A DNA stretch of 64,000 nucleotides from the human T2T-CHM13v2.0 reference genome, Homo sapiens. The position numbers were made by a program, and so were the translations under genes. Shown in pieces: positions 43,135 through 57,330 of the stretch. Numbering within the stretch: the first letter of the stretch is position 1; each line of letters starts with the position of its first letter. Where the stretch lies: assembly GCF_009914755.1 (NCBI RefSeq), contig NC_060928.1; one strand, written 5' to 3'. The notes beneath the pieces were generated by a model. That model searched no databases. It saw only the letters and a program-made list of their open reading frames with translations, and was not told where the DNA came from.

Positions 43135-44020
43135 ACTTAACTATTTTAAAGTGTACAGTTCAGTGGCATTCAATAAATTCACAATGTCGTGCAGCCACCA
43201 CCTCTGTCTAGTTCCAATACGTTTTGTTATTGCCTCAAAGGAAACCCCGTACCCACGAGGCAGTCACTCCCCATTCCTCCTCCTCCAGCACCTGGAAACT
43301 ACTAATTTGTTTTCTTTTCCTATAAGTTTGCCTATTCCGAACATTTTGTATAAACAGAATCAGACCAGATGTGACCTGTTGCATCTTGTTTCTCCCGCTT
43401 AGCATAGTGGTGGAAGATTCACCCATGGTGTAGCATGCATCAGTACTTGACTCCTTTTTATGGCCTTAGGACAGGCCAGGGCATATGTATCCCACATTTT
43501 ACCACATTTTGTTTATCCATTTATCTGTTGATGGACCCCTGTGCTGTTCCCATCCTTTGGCTGTTGTGAATAGTGCTGCTATAAATATGCATTTACAAGT
43601 TTTTGTTTGAACACCTATTTTCAGTCCTTTGGGGATACAGAGCCAGGAGTGGAACTGCTGAGTTACACAGTAATTCAACATTTAACTTTTTGGAAAACTG
43701 CCAAACTGTTTTCCACGACATCTGCACCATTTTACGTTCCTGTCAACAATGTGCAAAGGTTTCCATTTCTCCACCTGTGTCAACACTTGTTATTTTCCAT
43801 TTTAAAACATTATAGCCACCCTTGTTAGAGTGAAGTAGAATCTCATTGTGGTTTTTGATTTGCATTTCCCTGATGACAAGTGACATTATACATATTTTCA
43901 TGTGCTCATTGGCCACTTGTGTGTCTTCTTCAAAGAAATGTCTATTCAAGTCCTTTGCCCATTTTTAAATTGGTTGTTTGTCTTTTTTTGTTGAGTTGTA
44001 AGTGCTCTTTATATATTCTG
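43135..44020 (-). mobile_element. L1MB-like fragment
   Basis: ttttaaagtgtacagttcagtggcatt...tttgcatttccctgatgac...gaaatgtctattcaagtcc. Confidence 0.9.
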
Positions 44021-44081
44021 GAGGCTGACTGACTTTTATTCTTCTAAGTCAAAGGTGCTTTAGCCCAAGTCCTGTCACTCA

Positions 44082-44460
<379 letters not shown>

Positions 44461-44514
44461 ATTCTAAACATAAATACTATCCCTCCCTTGTTTACTCTCG
44501 AAAATGTCAACAAG

Positions 44515-44700
44515 CTGCTGGGCAATTCTGTGCCTCAGTTTCCTCATCTGTGCAATGAGGTTAATAATAGTACCTGTTTCCTAGGGCTGCTTTAAGGATC
44601 GGATGGGATCATGTGTGTAAGGTACTTAGAATGGTGCCAGTTGTACAATGCAAGGTCGCCATAAATGTTAGTTATTGTTATTGTTATCATTATAATAAAC
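44515..44700 (+). mobile_element. MIR
   Basis: tgtgcctcagtttcctcatctg...ataaatgttagttatt. Confidence 0.88.
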
Positions 44701-46009
44701 TAGGACAATCATGATCATGGACAGCTTCACTTTAGGTCCTAAGGCCGGGCAGAGGTGAGGGAAATGACCCCATTTGTGAGGTCCTATTATACTCTAATCA
44801 CTTCCGTTATATTTTTTAGATTTCTCCTCCCCACATCCCTTTGAGGTAGATAAAATGGTGTTCATTTAAGGAAACTAGGCTCAGAGAGGTTGGGTGACCT
44901 GCCCAAGATCCACAGCTCATTTGTAAGAACAGGATGGACATGGATCAGCTGCCCAGGTCTCTCCCCAGCCCCTTTCCATGGTGGCCTGCATCTGGCAGAT
45001 CAAGGTAGGGGTGTCCCGGCTCTGCCAGCATGGCCCAAAGCAGGACAATGCTGAAGAGCTGTCCCAGCTCCAGAAGCAGCCCCAGGATCATCCAAGGCCA
45101 TGGCTGGACCTACACTGCAGTTCAGCTTCTCTCTCTGTCCAATCCTGATTCCATCTTCTGTCTCCGAAATAAGCATCCTGCTCATGCATATGTAGGTGTG
45201 GGTTGGACTGACAGCTTTCTCGGGACCGAGAACTTTCAGCACCAAAACTGGGAATGTCCTGGGTCTACTGGGAAGAGTTGGTTCCCTGTGCATGCTGAAC
45301 TCCACCAGAGTCTGCCTCCTGGGGACCCCTTCTGTGACTGCAGCTCACAGCGAGCTCAGTCTGGTGCTCAAGATCAGGCTGTGTCCGCCACGCACCCCAG
45401 AGAAGTTGTAGAAGGAAAAGAGAAGCTCAGGGCTGCTGCTGCTGTCCACTTTGCTACCTTATGCTGTCCAGCTTGGGGCAAGACTCGGTTCTTTCCCAGA
45501 TTGAGGTGAAAGTCATCAAGGCACTAGAAGGTGAACGCGCGAGGTCCAGGGCTGGGCTGCTGCTGCCGTGTTCTTAGCTCCTGGCACGTGGTAGGGGCTG
45601 CAAATTCGCTCAAGAGGAGGGCTGCTCCCCTGGCCCCGACAGAAGGTCGGGGAGCAGGAGGCCCAGGCAGTACAGCCTGTCACCTGTGCTTCATAGCCAA
45701 ACCCCCAGGCTTTTCTGGAGATTTGAAAAGCAGCTGAAATGGTTTTCTGAATATCCCTCGTCTGTCCGCTTAGGCTCCAATTGCCCAGGCCGACTTCTCT
45801 GTTAGAAGCCAGCTGATCAGTTTGCTACAAAGCTGTATAAACAAGATAAACGAAGCTCACTGTTCCCAGATTGTCTGTAAGGTTCCCCTCATCTCTTTTC
45901 TCTCTTTTAGACCCTGGGTTTTTTTCTCTTTGTTGTTTGGGGTTTTGTGGGGGTTTTGGGTTATTTTCTGCCTTTGTTTCCTGACAATAGTGTATGGCTA
46001 TCTCCCTTA

Positions 46010-46577
46010 TGTGTGAGTGTATTGTCAGGATTCTTCAATAGGATATATACGACATATAACATAAGACATATAACATGTCGTCTACATCCTAGTATATGTT
46101 ATATATCCCATAAAGCTATTATATATTATATATATCCTATATATATAATATATAACATTACACACACACACACAAAATAAGAAATTGGCTAATTTGATGA
46201 TTATGGAGGCTGAAAAGTCCTGACCCAGGAAACCCAATGTAGAGTTCCAATCTGAGTCTACAGGCCTGAGAACCAGGAGAGTCAATGGTGTAAGTTCCAG
46301 TCCAAGTCTGAGTCTGAAGGTCAGAGAAGACTGGCTCAAAGGCATTTAGACAGAGACAAAGAATTATTTCTGACTCAGCCTTCTGTTCTGTTCAGGCCCT
46401 GAACTGGCCGGATGAGGCCATCCACACTGGGGTGGGCAATGTTCTTTCCTCAGCCTACGGACTCAAATGCAAACCTCACCTGAAATGCCCTCACAGGCAC
46501 ACCCAGAAATAATAGTTAACCAAACATCTGGGCATCCCCTGGCCCAGTCAAGCTGACACATAAAGTAAACCATCAGA
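46010..46577 (-). mobile_element. MLT2 (ERVL) solo LTR with TA-rich tract
   Basis: gaaattggct...atggaggctgaaaagtcc...ggcccagtcaagctgacacataaagtaaaccatca. Confidence 0.85.
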
Positions 46578-46784
46578 GCGAGTGGATGGGCATGCAGCAG
46601 TCTAATCTGAATGCGTCTGGGTTGTTCTTTGGCCATGCTCAATACACAGTTATTGACTATTGACCCAATGACCAGTTACTCAAAGGGGCAATTGTATCAG
46701 ATACCTGATACTGTTAGGATGTGGGATTTGGGATGGACAATCTCAGGGCGAGTTGAGAGTAGTTATAGTCCCAGAAACTTGGAT

Positions 46785-47525
46785 CTGTCTCTGGGTTGGA
46801 CCATGTACCCTAAAAACTTCATGTCCACCCAGAACCTCAGAATATGGCCTTATTTGGAAGTAAAGTCTTGGCAGATGTAATTAAGATGAGGTCATCCTGG
46901 CTTAGTGATGATGTCCTTATCAGAAGGGGACACAGATACACATACAGAGAAGACAATGGCATGAAGGCAGAGGCCGAGTGGAGTGATGCAGCCACAGCCA
47001 GGGAATGCCAGGAACCTCTGGGAGCTGGAAGAGGCCAGGAAGGATCCTCCCCCGGAGCCTCTGGAGGGAGTGTGGCCCCACCGACACCCTGACCTCAGCC
47101 TTCTGGCCTCCTGAACTGTGAGAAAATAAATGTCTGTTGTTTTAAGTCCCCTAGTTGGTTGTTGCATTATTCCGTTTTCATGCTGCTGATAAAGACATAC
47201 CAGAGACTGGGTAATTTATACAGAAGAAAGGGTTTAATGGACTTACAGTTCCACATGGCTGCAGAGGCCTCATAATCATGGCAGAAGGCAAAGAGGAGCA
47301 AGTCATATCTTACATGGGTGGCAGCAGGCAAAAAGAGAGCTTGTGCAGGGAAACTCCCCCTTATAGAGCCGTCAGATCTCCTGAGACTTCCTATCACGAG
47401 AACGGTACAGGAAAGACCTGCCCTCATATTCAGTCACCTCCCACCGGGTCCCTCCCACAACACGTGGGGATTCAGGATGAGATATCAGTTGTCATTCCTT
47501 GCGGCAGCCCTAGAAAATTAGCACA
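46785..47525 (+). mobile_element. MLT1C-like LTR interrupted by THE1
   Basis: ccttatttggaagtaaagtcttggcagatgtaattaag...ggcagccctagaaaattagcaca. Confidence 0.85.
47163..47487 (-). mobile_element. THE1A/B solo LTR with small deletions
   Basis: ccgttttcatgctgctgataaagacatac...gagatatca; perfect TSD GTTGT. Confidence 0.92.
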
Positions 47526-48066
47526 GCCTCCTTCTTGCATAAGCATCCACTGGGCCTTTTTGCCCCTCAAGGGTGATTGCCTGATGCCATTTCTCTTTCT
47601 GGAACACTCCAGCAGTTTGGCAAGATTCCCCTGTCAGGGGCCTTTCCCCCTTACCTATAGATGCTGGATCCCTAGTGTCTGGCTTGGCTGGATTTTAGTA
47701 GACCTTTTTTTATTTTTTTATTTCACAGTTGCTTATCAGGGCAGGAGGTTCAGATTAACTTTGAGGAATCATTTGTATTTGAGATAGGAAAGGCCTGCTA
47801 ACTTTGAATGACTGCAGGAGGCGAGAGGGGAGCTGAAATCAGAACCCATTTGGGTCCTTGAGGGTCATAAGAGAAGTTTTCTTGCAGGGGGGCACTGCTG
47901 AGCAAAACCCCGTGACCTGGGGAGGTTTATGGTGCCCATCTTGCAGAAGGAGAAGTCACACACAAATGCACTGGGATCTGCAGGCCTCCAGTCCCTCCCA
48001 GAATGTAAGCTTTGCTATTTTTTTCTTATTACAAAATAAATATGTATTCACTGGGAGCAATGCAGA

Positions 48067-48806
48067 TGAGAACTAAACTTTTTTTCTTTAATCTTGCCCA
48101 AATTCCTATCTAAGGGGTCTGGGGAGTCATGCCCTACAAATCATAAATTCTCATCAGATGGGTTTTATTTAACCCTATATATGGTGACTTACTTTCCATC
48201 CTGACTGGTGTATCATTACAAGACAAGGAATCAAAATATTTTACTCCAAAACATGTTTATTTGCCATATTTTGAAATGGCCCTGCAAAGCTGTTCTTTAT
48301 GGGGGAAAATTTGCATCTGTAAAGAATCTCTGTTAACACAGCTAGATCTTTTTCTTCCAGACCCTCCCAATCCTGAAGAGACTAACTAAGATCTGAATAG
48401 GAAACATTTGTCATCTATTGTCTCTAAGGGCAGCCACTATAAGACTTCAAAGAACTTTGGTCTCCGTAATGTTTATCTTAACCTGAACATTCCCTTCCTA
48501 TCAATCTCAGGTCTTTAGACAAACTCAATCAATTGTCAACCAGAAAATGTTTAAATTCACCAATAGCCTGGAAGCTCCTGCTTTGAGTTGTTCTGCCTTT
48601 CTGGACCAAACCAATGTATTTCTTCAATGTATTTGATTGATGTCTCATGCCTCTCTAAAATGGATAAAACCAAGCTGTACCCTGGCCACCTTGGGCACAT
48701 GCTCTCGGGGCCTCCTGAAAGCTGTGTCGTGGGCCATGGTCACTCATATTTGGCTCAGAATAAACCTTTTCAAATATTTTAGAGAGTTTGACTGTTTTGG
48801 TTGACA
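48067..48806 (+). mobile_element. MER4-family ERV1 solo LTR
   Basis: TG...CA ends; TSD CAGA; ggtcactcatatttggctcagaataaa...caaatattttagagagtttgac terminus. Confidence 0.85.
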
Positions 48807-49056
48807 CAGACCATAATCATAAAGGGGTAAAAATGCTCCTTACTGTCTTGCTGCCTAACATGAACTTCCTAGCGTGAACACCGCATCGGCTGTTTTCCAA
48901 TTCCTCCTGTGTGCTCATCCATACCCATAGATGCCTTCTTTGCCTGTTTTGACATTAAGAACCGTGTGTACTGCACATACCATCTTGTGAGCTGCCTTTT
49001 CACATTATGACATATTGTGCACATCATTCCATGTCCATAATTATGAACTGACATCA

Positions 49057-49338
49057 TTTTATTTATTTATTTATTTTTGAGAGAGAGTCTCGCTTTGTCA
49101 CCCAGGCTGCAGTGCAGGTGCGGTCATGGCTCACTGCGATCTCAAACTCCTGGGCTCAAGCAATCCTCCCGCCTTAGCCTCCCAAGTAGCTGGGACCACA
49201 GGTGAGCGCCACCATGCTCAATGAATTTTTTTACTTTTTGTAGAGACAAGATCTTACTATGTTGCCCAGGCTGGTCTTGAACTCCTGAACTCAGGCAATC
49301 CTCCCACCTCAGCCTCCTAAAGTGCTACCACGTCCAGC
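49057..49338 (-). mobile_element. AluJ with deletion near its 5' end
   Basis: (ttta)n tail; gggctcaagcaatcctccc. Confidence 0.9.
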
Positions 49339-49994
49339 AATATCAACATTTTAAGTTTCCACCACAGCCTACCAAAGTGCTGCCATGCCTGGCAATATCA
49401 ACATTTCAAATTGCTGCATAGTTCATTGTTGCCGGTGCCTCCTTTCTTTCACACTCCCCTGCTGTTGGGTTTTTAGTTAGAGTGTGCAGGTGGGAGGATA
49501 GACACATATCTGGCTGAGGAGTTTCAGCCTGAAACCAGTCAGTGTTAAATTGCTTTTCCTTATGACTTTGTTTTCCTAGATATGAAATGGAAGCATCTGT
49601 GTTTTTGCTGTGATCAGAGTGACAATATGCTATAGAAATGAATGAGAGATGGCGATTAGCTGGTTAGAAAGTCCTGGATTATGAGTTCAAAGTTCTCAAG
49701 TGGGGTGTGTGTGTGTATGTGTTGTTTGGTGATCTTTCCTTCATCAAGGACAATCAAAGAGGAAGCCGTATGGAAGCATGTTGTTTCCTGTTGGGTAGGC
49801 TCTAGCATTTGCTTGTGTTCTATCTCCAATGGGCAAGTGGGGAGAAGGGAGTCTATCTCCAATGGGCAAGTGGGGAGAAGGGAGTCTCTGGACCCTGGAG
49901 CACTGCTGTGTTTAAAGTTCAACCACAACGACTAGCTGAATAAATGGGGGATGAGAGGGGGGTTATCTGAGCTTGGTTTGCCTCCGTTTCCCCA

Positions 49995-50770
<776 letters not shown>

Positions 50771-52254
50771 CTTTAGGAGGAGATGTAATTTGGGGAATTA
50801 GTTAATACACAGAAAACACTTAAAACAGCAACTGGCCCAATGACATCCTCAAAAATATTGGTGGATGCATGGTTGAGACCTTCGAAAGGGCTCAGGAAGC
50901 TGATATGGAACTCCCCGGGGAAAGTCACCTCCTGACCAGGCATCCCCCGAGTCCCCACCCCCACCACACCTTTTGAGTCTTTATGTCTCATACACCAGAA
51001 TATTAGGTTTTCCTCTTGCAACCCTTCCATTAAAGAATGGTTTTCTGGCGAGTTGTTTATGCGTGGAAAATACATAAAAATTTATAAAATAAACCCATTT
51101 ACTTCCAGGCGAAAGTTAGCGTTTTGCCCGGAGTGAATTTTTGTGGCTGAGCTATAAAATTCCGAAAATAAGTGTTTCTAATGAAACTGCGCTACCCTTT
51201 AATGAATATCACCGCCCTCGCTATAACAAAGAATGTACAATATTTGGCATGATGCACTCTGGAAAAATCGCTTAATATGTAATGTGAGTGATGGCTGTCT
51301 TTGTGAGCCAAGCTCTGTTTTCATTTTGTGGGAGTAATTCAGCTCAACAAATATTTTTCAAGTGCCTACCACGTCCCAATCACCGTGCTAGGCAGTGGGT
51401 ATATAAAGTTACCCCCAACCCCAAAATGAGTGGGGGGTCCTGTTTTGTAAACACTAATGAGCTCTTCAATGGGCACATGCTGGGCACCCTGCTGGTGTTT
51501 TATGCACATTAACCCATATCATCCTAACAGGGTTCCGGCAAGGGAGGCCCACTGTCTGTATCCCCATTTCCAGATGGGGCACAGAGGTCAAAGAAATTTG
51601 CCCACTATTATGCAGCCAGCAAGTAGACAGTCAGGGTTCAAATCCAAGCCGTCGGTTGCAGAGTTTCTGTTCTTAACCGCTGTCCCATACAGCAGCATCA
51701 GAGTCACAGCACAGGGAGGTGAGTTCAATGCTACTGGGGTCAGCCCAGGGACTGCGGAGGCACAGAGGAGGGGCACCCCTCCCACATAGTCTAGGGGGTG
51801 CAGAGAAGGCTTCTTGGAGGGGTGGGTATCCTTATGGGGAATTGGAGCCGGGGCCAGGAAGAGGAGAGGGGACAAGCGACACAGGCCCTGAGCTTAACGA
51901 CAGCATGGCGTGTGTGTGCATGCGTGTGTGCTCGCGTGTGGTAGGTGTGGCAGGCTCCTGCATCGAAGGTGGGAGATAATCAAGAGATGAATCCAGAGAA
52001 GTGGGCAGACGTCAGCCCGAGGCACAGCGTGGGCGCTACCCACTGGAACTCAGGAGGAGGGCGGGAAGGAAGGCCTGAGTCAGGGTTTTTAGGAGGAGCA
52101 GTAATTCAAACATTTCAGGATATGCCGCCTGGAGGTTCTTTGCAGGGATGAGGGAAAAAAAAAAGAAATATAGACGAGAAAAAATACAGATTACTATTTC
52201 AAAATTCCACCTAGCCTGGCTTTTTTTCCCTCTGTCATTAGATCTATTTGTGCC

Positions 52255-52478
52255 GTCTACTTAAGGGTGGAGGGTGGGAGGAGGGAGAGGAGCAGAAAAT
52301 ATTACTATTGGGTACTGCACTGAATTCCTGGGTGAGGAAATAATCTGTACAACAAACCCGTGTGACGTGAGTTTACCTATGTAACAAACCTGCACATGTG
52401 TCTCCGAACCTAAAATAAAAGTTAAAAAATAAAAAAAATTAAAAAATAAAAAGGCTACAGAGCATTAGAAAAAAAAAA
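52255..52478 (+). mobile_element. Very short 5'-truncated L1PA 3' end
   Basis: gggtggagggtgggaggagggagagg...acctatgtaacaaacctgcacatg; near-TSD agatctattt(g/a)tgcc. Confidence 0.9.
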
Positions 52479-52567
52479 GATCTATTTATGCCCATTTCAT
52501 CATTTAGCCCCCAAAGTCTGAGGTTCTTATGTTTTTTGTTGAGTGCGGGATGTTCCTGCTGACATCA

Positions 52568-52569
52568 TC

Positions 52570-52612
<43 letters not shown>
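52568..52612. repeat. (AAT)n microsatellite
   Basis: Direct reading. Confidence 0.92.
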
Positions 52613-52613
<1 letters not shown>

Positions 52614-52619
52614 ACTATC

Positions 52620-52892
52620 AGCCAGGCGTGGTAGCTCTCACCTGTAATTCCAGCACTTTGGGAGGCCGAGGTGAGAGGATCACTTGAGGCCAGGAGTTCA
52701 AGACCAGCCTGGGCAAGCTAGCAAGACCCAATCTCTACAAAAAATACAAAAACTAGTCCCAGCTACTCAGGAGGCCAAGGAGGGAGGATCACTTGAGCCC
52801 AGGGGTTTGAGGCTGCAGTGAGATATGATGGCATCACTGCACTCCAGCTTGGGTGACAGAGTGAGACCCTGTCTCTAAATAAATAAATAAAT
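52620..52892 (+). mobile_element. AluJ with internal deletion, next to a MIR
   Basis: cttgaggccaggagttc; right-arm start missing (aaaactagtcccagc). Confidence 0.9.
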
Positions 52893-53198
52893 ATGTAAGT
52901 AAACCAACACTTGCAAATGCTTCTTATGGGCTGAACATTGTTGCAAATATCTTACATGTTTCAACTCATTTAATCTTCGCCAGGACTCTGCGAGGTAGGC
53001 ACCACTGGTATCCCCATTTTTAGATGGGAAAATCTGAGGCACAGAGAGGTCCCCCAGCATCATGAGGTAGGAGGGGTTGAGTTAGGATCTGAGTCCTGCC
53101 AAAAGCTCCTTCCTTCAGCTCCATCATTGCTCCTATTGGAGTCTTCCCATAGGCAAGCCATACCACGCTTGGGCGTCACTGGCAGGATTCAGGTGAGC

Positions 53199-53540
53199 TG
53201 TGGACTGAATTGCGTTCCCCACAAATTCCTATTCTGAAGCCTCAGCCCCCAGTGTGATGGTATTAGGAAGTGGGGCCTTTGGAAGGTGATCCGGTTTTAG
53301 ATGAGGTCATGAGGCTGGGGTCTCAGGATGAGATTAGGGAGCTTGCTCTCTCACCACCATGGGAGGACACAGCGAGAAGACGGCCACCTGCAAGCCAGGA
53401 AGGGGCCCTTGCCGGGACCTGACCGTGCTGGTGCCCTGACCTTGGATTTCCACCTGCAGAATGGTGAGAAAATCCATTTCTATTGTTTAAGTCACTTGAT
53501 CTGTGGTGTTTTGTTACGGCAGACAGAGCAGACTAAGACA
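53199..53540 (+). mobile_element. MLT1A-like LTR
   Basis: tgtggactgaattgcgttccccacaaattc...gagcagactaagaca. Confidence 0.85.
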
Positions 53541-53789
53541 AGGTGTTCCAAGACACTGAATCTAGTAGCCCTCAGAGTGGCTACTCTGATGCAAGCTCGC
53601 CAGCTGCTTCTGGCTGGAGCAGCCTCCGTTGTGGACCCAGTGAGCCACTAGATAAAATATATGTGTGTGTGTGAGCCATAGCCAGATCAAGGCCGTGCTT
53701 CAGTGTGTCCTGCTTTAGAATAAAGGGTGTTGTTAAACTCATGACAAATGATACTTTCTGTTGGAGGTGTGACCTTGGGACAGATACTC

Positions 53790-53980
53790 AGGGGCAAAAT
53801 CCAGCTCTGCCACTCCCAGGGTTCTGTGTAAACTTGGGCCTATTTAACCTCTCTGAACCTCGGTCCTCTCACCTATAAAATGGGGGTACTGATACTTATC
53901 TCAGCATTGATGTGACAATTACATGAGGTACTCTAGGTAAAGTGCCCAGCACTTGGTGAATGCCTAATAGGTGGTGGGGA
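53790..53980 (+). mobile_element. MIR
   Basis: aaatccagctctgccact...taacctctctgaacctc...taaaatgggg. Confidence 0.85.
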
Positions 53981-56411
53981 TTTACATTCATATGATAAAA
54001 TTTTCCCTTCAATACCCAGCTCAGGTGTCTCCTCACCTAGAAACCCTCCCTGGCTCTGTCTGCTGTCCCCTCTGTGCCTCACACACGGTGATGGCCACGT
54101 CCCACATTTGGTTCTGCGTGACCTGCTGACATGTTCACCTGGCTGCCCAGTTGCACAGACAGATTCTTTAACATAAACAGGGATGGGAGAAGGGCTGTAG
54201 CTATGTGCCAGGCAGAGGAAGGAAGGAAAGAAGGGCATTTCAGAACGAGGTAGAGAATTGTGCCAGGTGGCAGTGACTGGGAGGAGAGGGGAAGCTGGCG
54301 GGTAGGGACGCTGGCTGGGTGGCGTAAACAAGGAGGTTTTAGGATGAGCAGGGCACTGGGAGCTGGGGCTTTGTCCTGAGGACATGCGCACATACCCCTG
54401 TGGGGATTCAAGCGGAAAAGGGCTTGTTTGGATTTGCTAATATGTAGACAGGAGCCGTGACTGCAGCGTGGAGATGCCCCGTATGAGTGAGTGTGGAACC
54501 AGTGAGGCCAGGCAGGCTGTTGGGGTGATTATGGAGAGGAGCCTGATCCCATGGTGGCTGGCCATGACCAGCATGCCCCGGGGGCTGGGAGCACAACTGT
54601 CTGGCTGACACAGAAAGTTCAGGTAGAGGATTAGGGTCGATAATTGCCCTCCCTGGCAGGCAACAGGGGTCTCCAGACCCCTCTCCATAGGACTCGACTC
54701 TTCTCTCCCCATCCCCAGAGGTGTGATGGGGAAGCAAGGGCTGGAATTTGGAGGCTTTTTTCCTTTTTTTTTTTTTTTTTTGTCCCGTGATCATTAGGGT
54801 TGCTGATAAGTGGGAATTATTAATTAAAGGGATAAAGCGTGTGCTTCCAAGGGTGATTACCATTACTGTAAATCAGACTTAATGGCTGCAGAAATTCATT
54901 AGGGATTCATTTCCTAATGATAACGAATTGGTTTGAGCAGATGTCAGACACAGCCGTGACCGTAATTCTAATGCCAGGTGCAAGGAGGGAAAAGTGTTAT
55001 CCCTGCCCTATCCTGGGGCTGGGACTGAAAAATCAGGTGGCTTCTTGGAACTTTGGGCCTCAGCCATGGGTTTGGTGCCACAGCAGCCACTGGAACTTGG
55101 GCTTCTCTGGAAAAAATTCCCAGCCTTCACGCTTGCTGTGTCTTCTTCCAGGAGCAACGTTCCTGCTACCACTTTCCTTGAACCTCACTTTTCTTGGAAG
55201 ACTTCCCTGACTGCTCCCAGGTTGGGTCAGGGGCCCATCTGAGATCCCGAAGCACTGAGCACATTGTGATGTCACTGTCTTCATCACCCGGACTCCCTTG
55301 GAGCCAGGCACTGGCTTAATCCTATCTCCATTTCCCCCGTGCCCAGCACATAGTTAGTGCTCCAGATGATGGGAGACTCAATGGAGAGACACGTGAGTGG
55401 ATGGATGTTTTGCTGAAGGCATCCAATGTGGCAGAACCGGCAGCAGCAAACTGATTCTGTCTGGAATTTGGAAGCCAGGGAGGAACAGCCTCGAATGGAC
55501 AGGGTAGGCCCCCAGGTTGTCTGGAACACTGCGCCCTACTTCAATCTGGCCTCCCCAAGTGGACCTTTGTGAGCCCAGGTTCTTCTCCCAGGCACACAGA
55601 TGCCTGGACAAGGCAGGTCCTGGGGCTCATGAAATTCCCAGGAAATTAACCGAGGCAGCAGGAGCTAAAGGACACCAAACCAGCTGCCAAGCCTGGGTTT
55701 CCTCACCTGTGAAGTGGGGTCTCAGTGGTCATTGTAAGGTCTAGATGAATTAATATACATTAAGAGCTAGCACAGTGCCTGGCACAGGGGAAACAGTGAA
55801 CAAATATTAGCCATTATTATGATTATTATTATTTTGCTGAACTGATAAGACAGAATTGCCAACTTTGTGAGCAGGAGGAAGGTAGATAAGGACCCACGCT
55901 CAGGATGACAGACCAGGCTTTGAAAGGGTGCGGTGCGGTGCATATGGGTAGGAAGGGAAAAGGAGAAGAGAACAGCAAGTATATCCCAAGAGGTGCCTTG
56001 TGGTCAGGCCTCCTGGAAAGGGTATGGTGTGCCGAGTCAATGCAGAAGGAAGGACAGACAGGCTGCCCAAGCCCTGCGCGGCTCATGTAGCGCCAGGTGG
56101 CCTGGAGTGGCTTAAAGTTACAGCCTCCGCAGCCCTCCAGAGCAGCTGGATCAGGAAGCCCAGTGTCGGTGGGGTCTTTACTTAAGCAGACAGAATAGTT
56201 ATCCTCAACATGTGACATGTGTCTAGCCCCCACTGTGTCTGCTCGCTCCAGCCAAGTGCTTGCAAAGTAATTTTATTCCAGGTTTGGGTCCTTTTATGAA
56301 TGAGTAAACGAGCTTGGCAAGGTTGAATGACCTGCCCACGGGCACTTAGCCAAGACGCAAGCCCCATCTGCTTGCTTTCACACCGTCTGGAAGCCTCACT
56401 GGCTGGGTTCA

Positions 56412-56816
<405 letters not shown>

Positions 56817-56829
56817 TTAAAGTTTGGGT

Positions 56830-57330
56830 CCTTGGGGATTGCCAAAACCTCTTGAAAATGTAATCTGTAAGTATCTATTAACATTGAGAAATACACATTC
56901 CCTTTGATCCAGCAATCCCACTTCTGGGAATCTCTCCCACAGAAATGAAAACCCCAAAATATAAGGACATAGGAACAGGATGTTTATTGCCACACTGTTA
57001 GTGGTGGCAGAAACCTGGAAGCAATCTGAAAGTCCACCGGAACTGGAAAGGTTAAATACGTTATGATACATGGCTTTTTGGAATACCAGTCTTTCCAAAA
57101 TTAGATTTCTACATAATTATCTGGAGGGCTCTTCCTGACATGTTATTAAGTAAAACAAACAAACAAATAACCAGATAACCACCCCCTGAAGTTGGCCAGT
57201 AATATGAATTATACAATGCCTCTTAAAAAAAAGACAAGTTTTGAAATGTTATCCTATTTTTATTTATGCATAGAAAAGAGGTGAAAGATATTTACAAACG
57301 CTCACAGTTGCTTGATTGAGGAGGGATGAA
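56830..57330 (+). mobile_element. L1ME-like fragment
   Basis: ccctttgatccagcaatcccacttctgggaatct. Confidence 0.75.
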
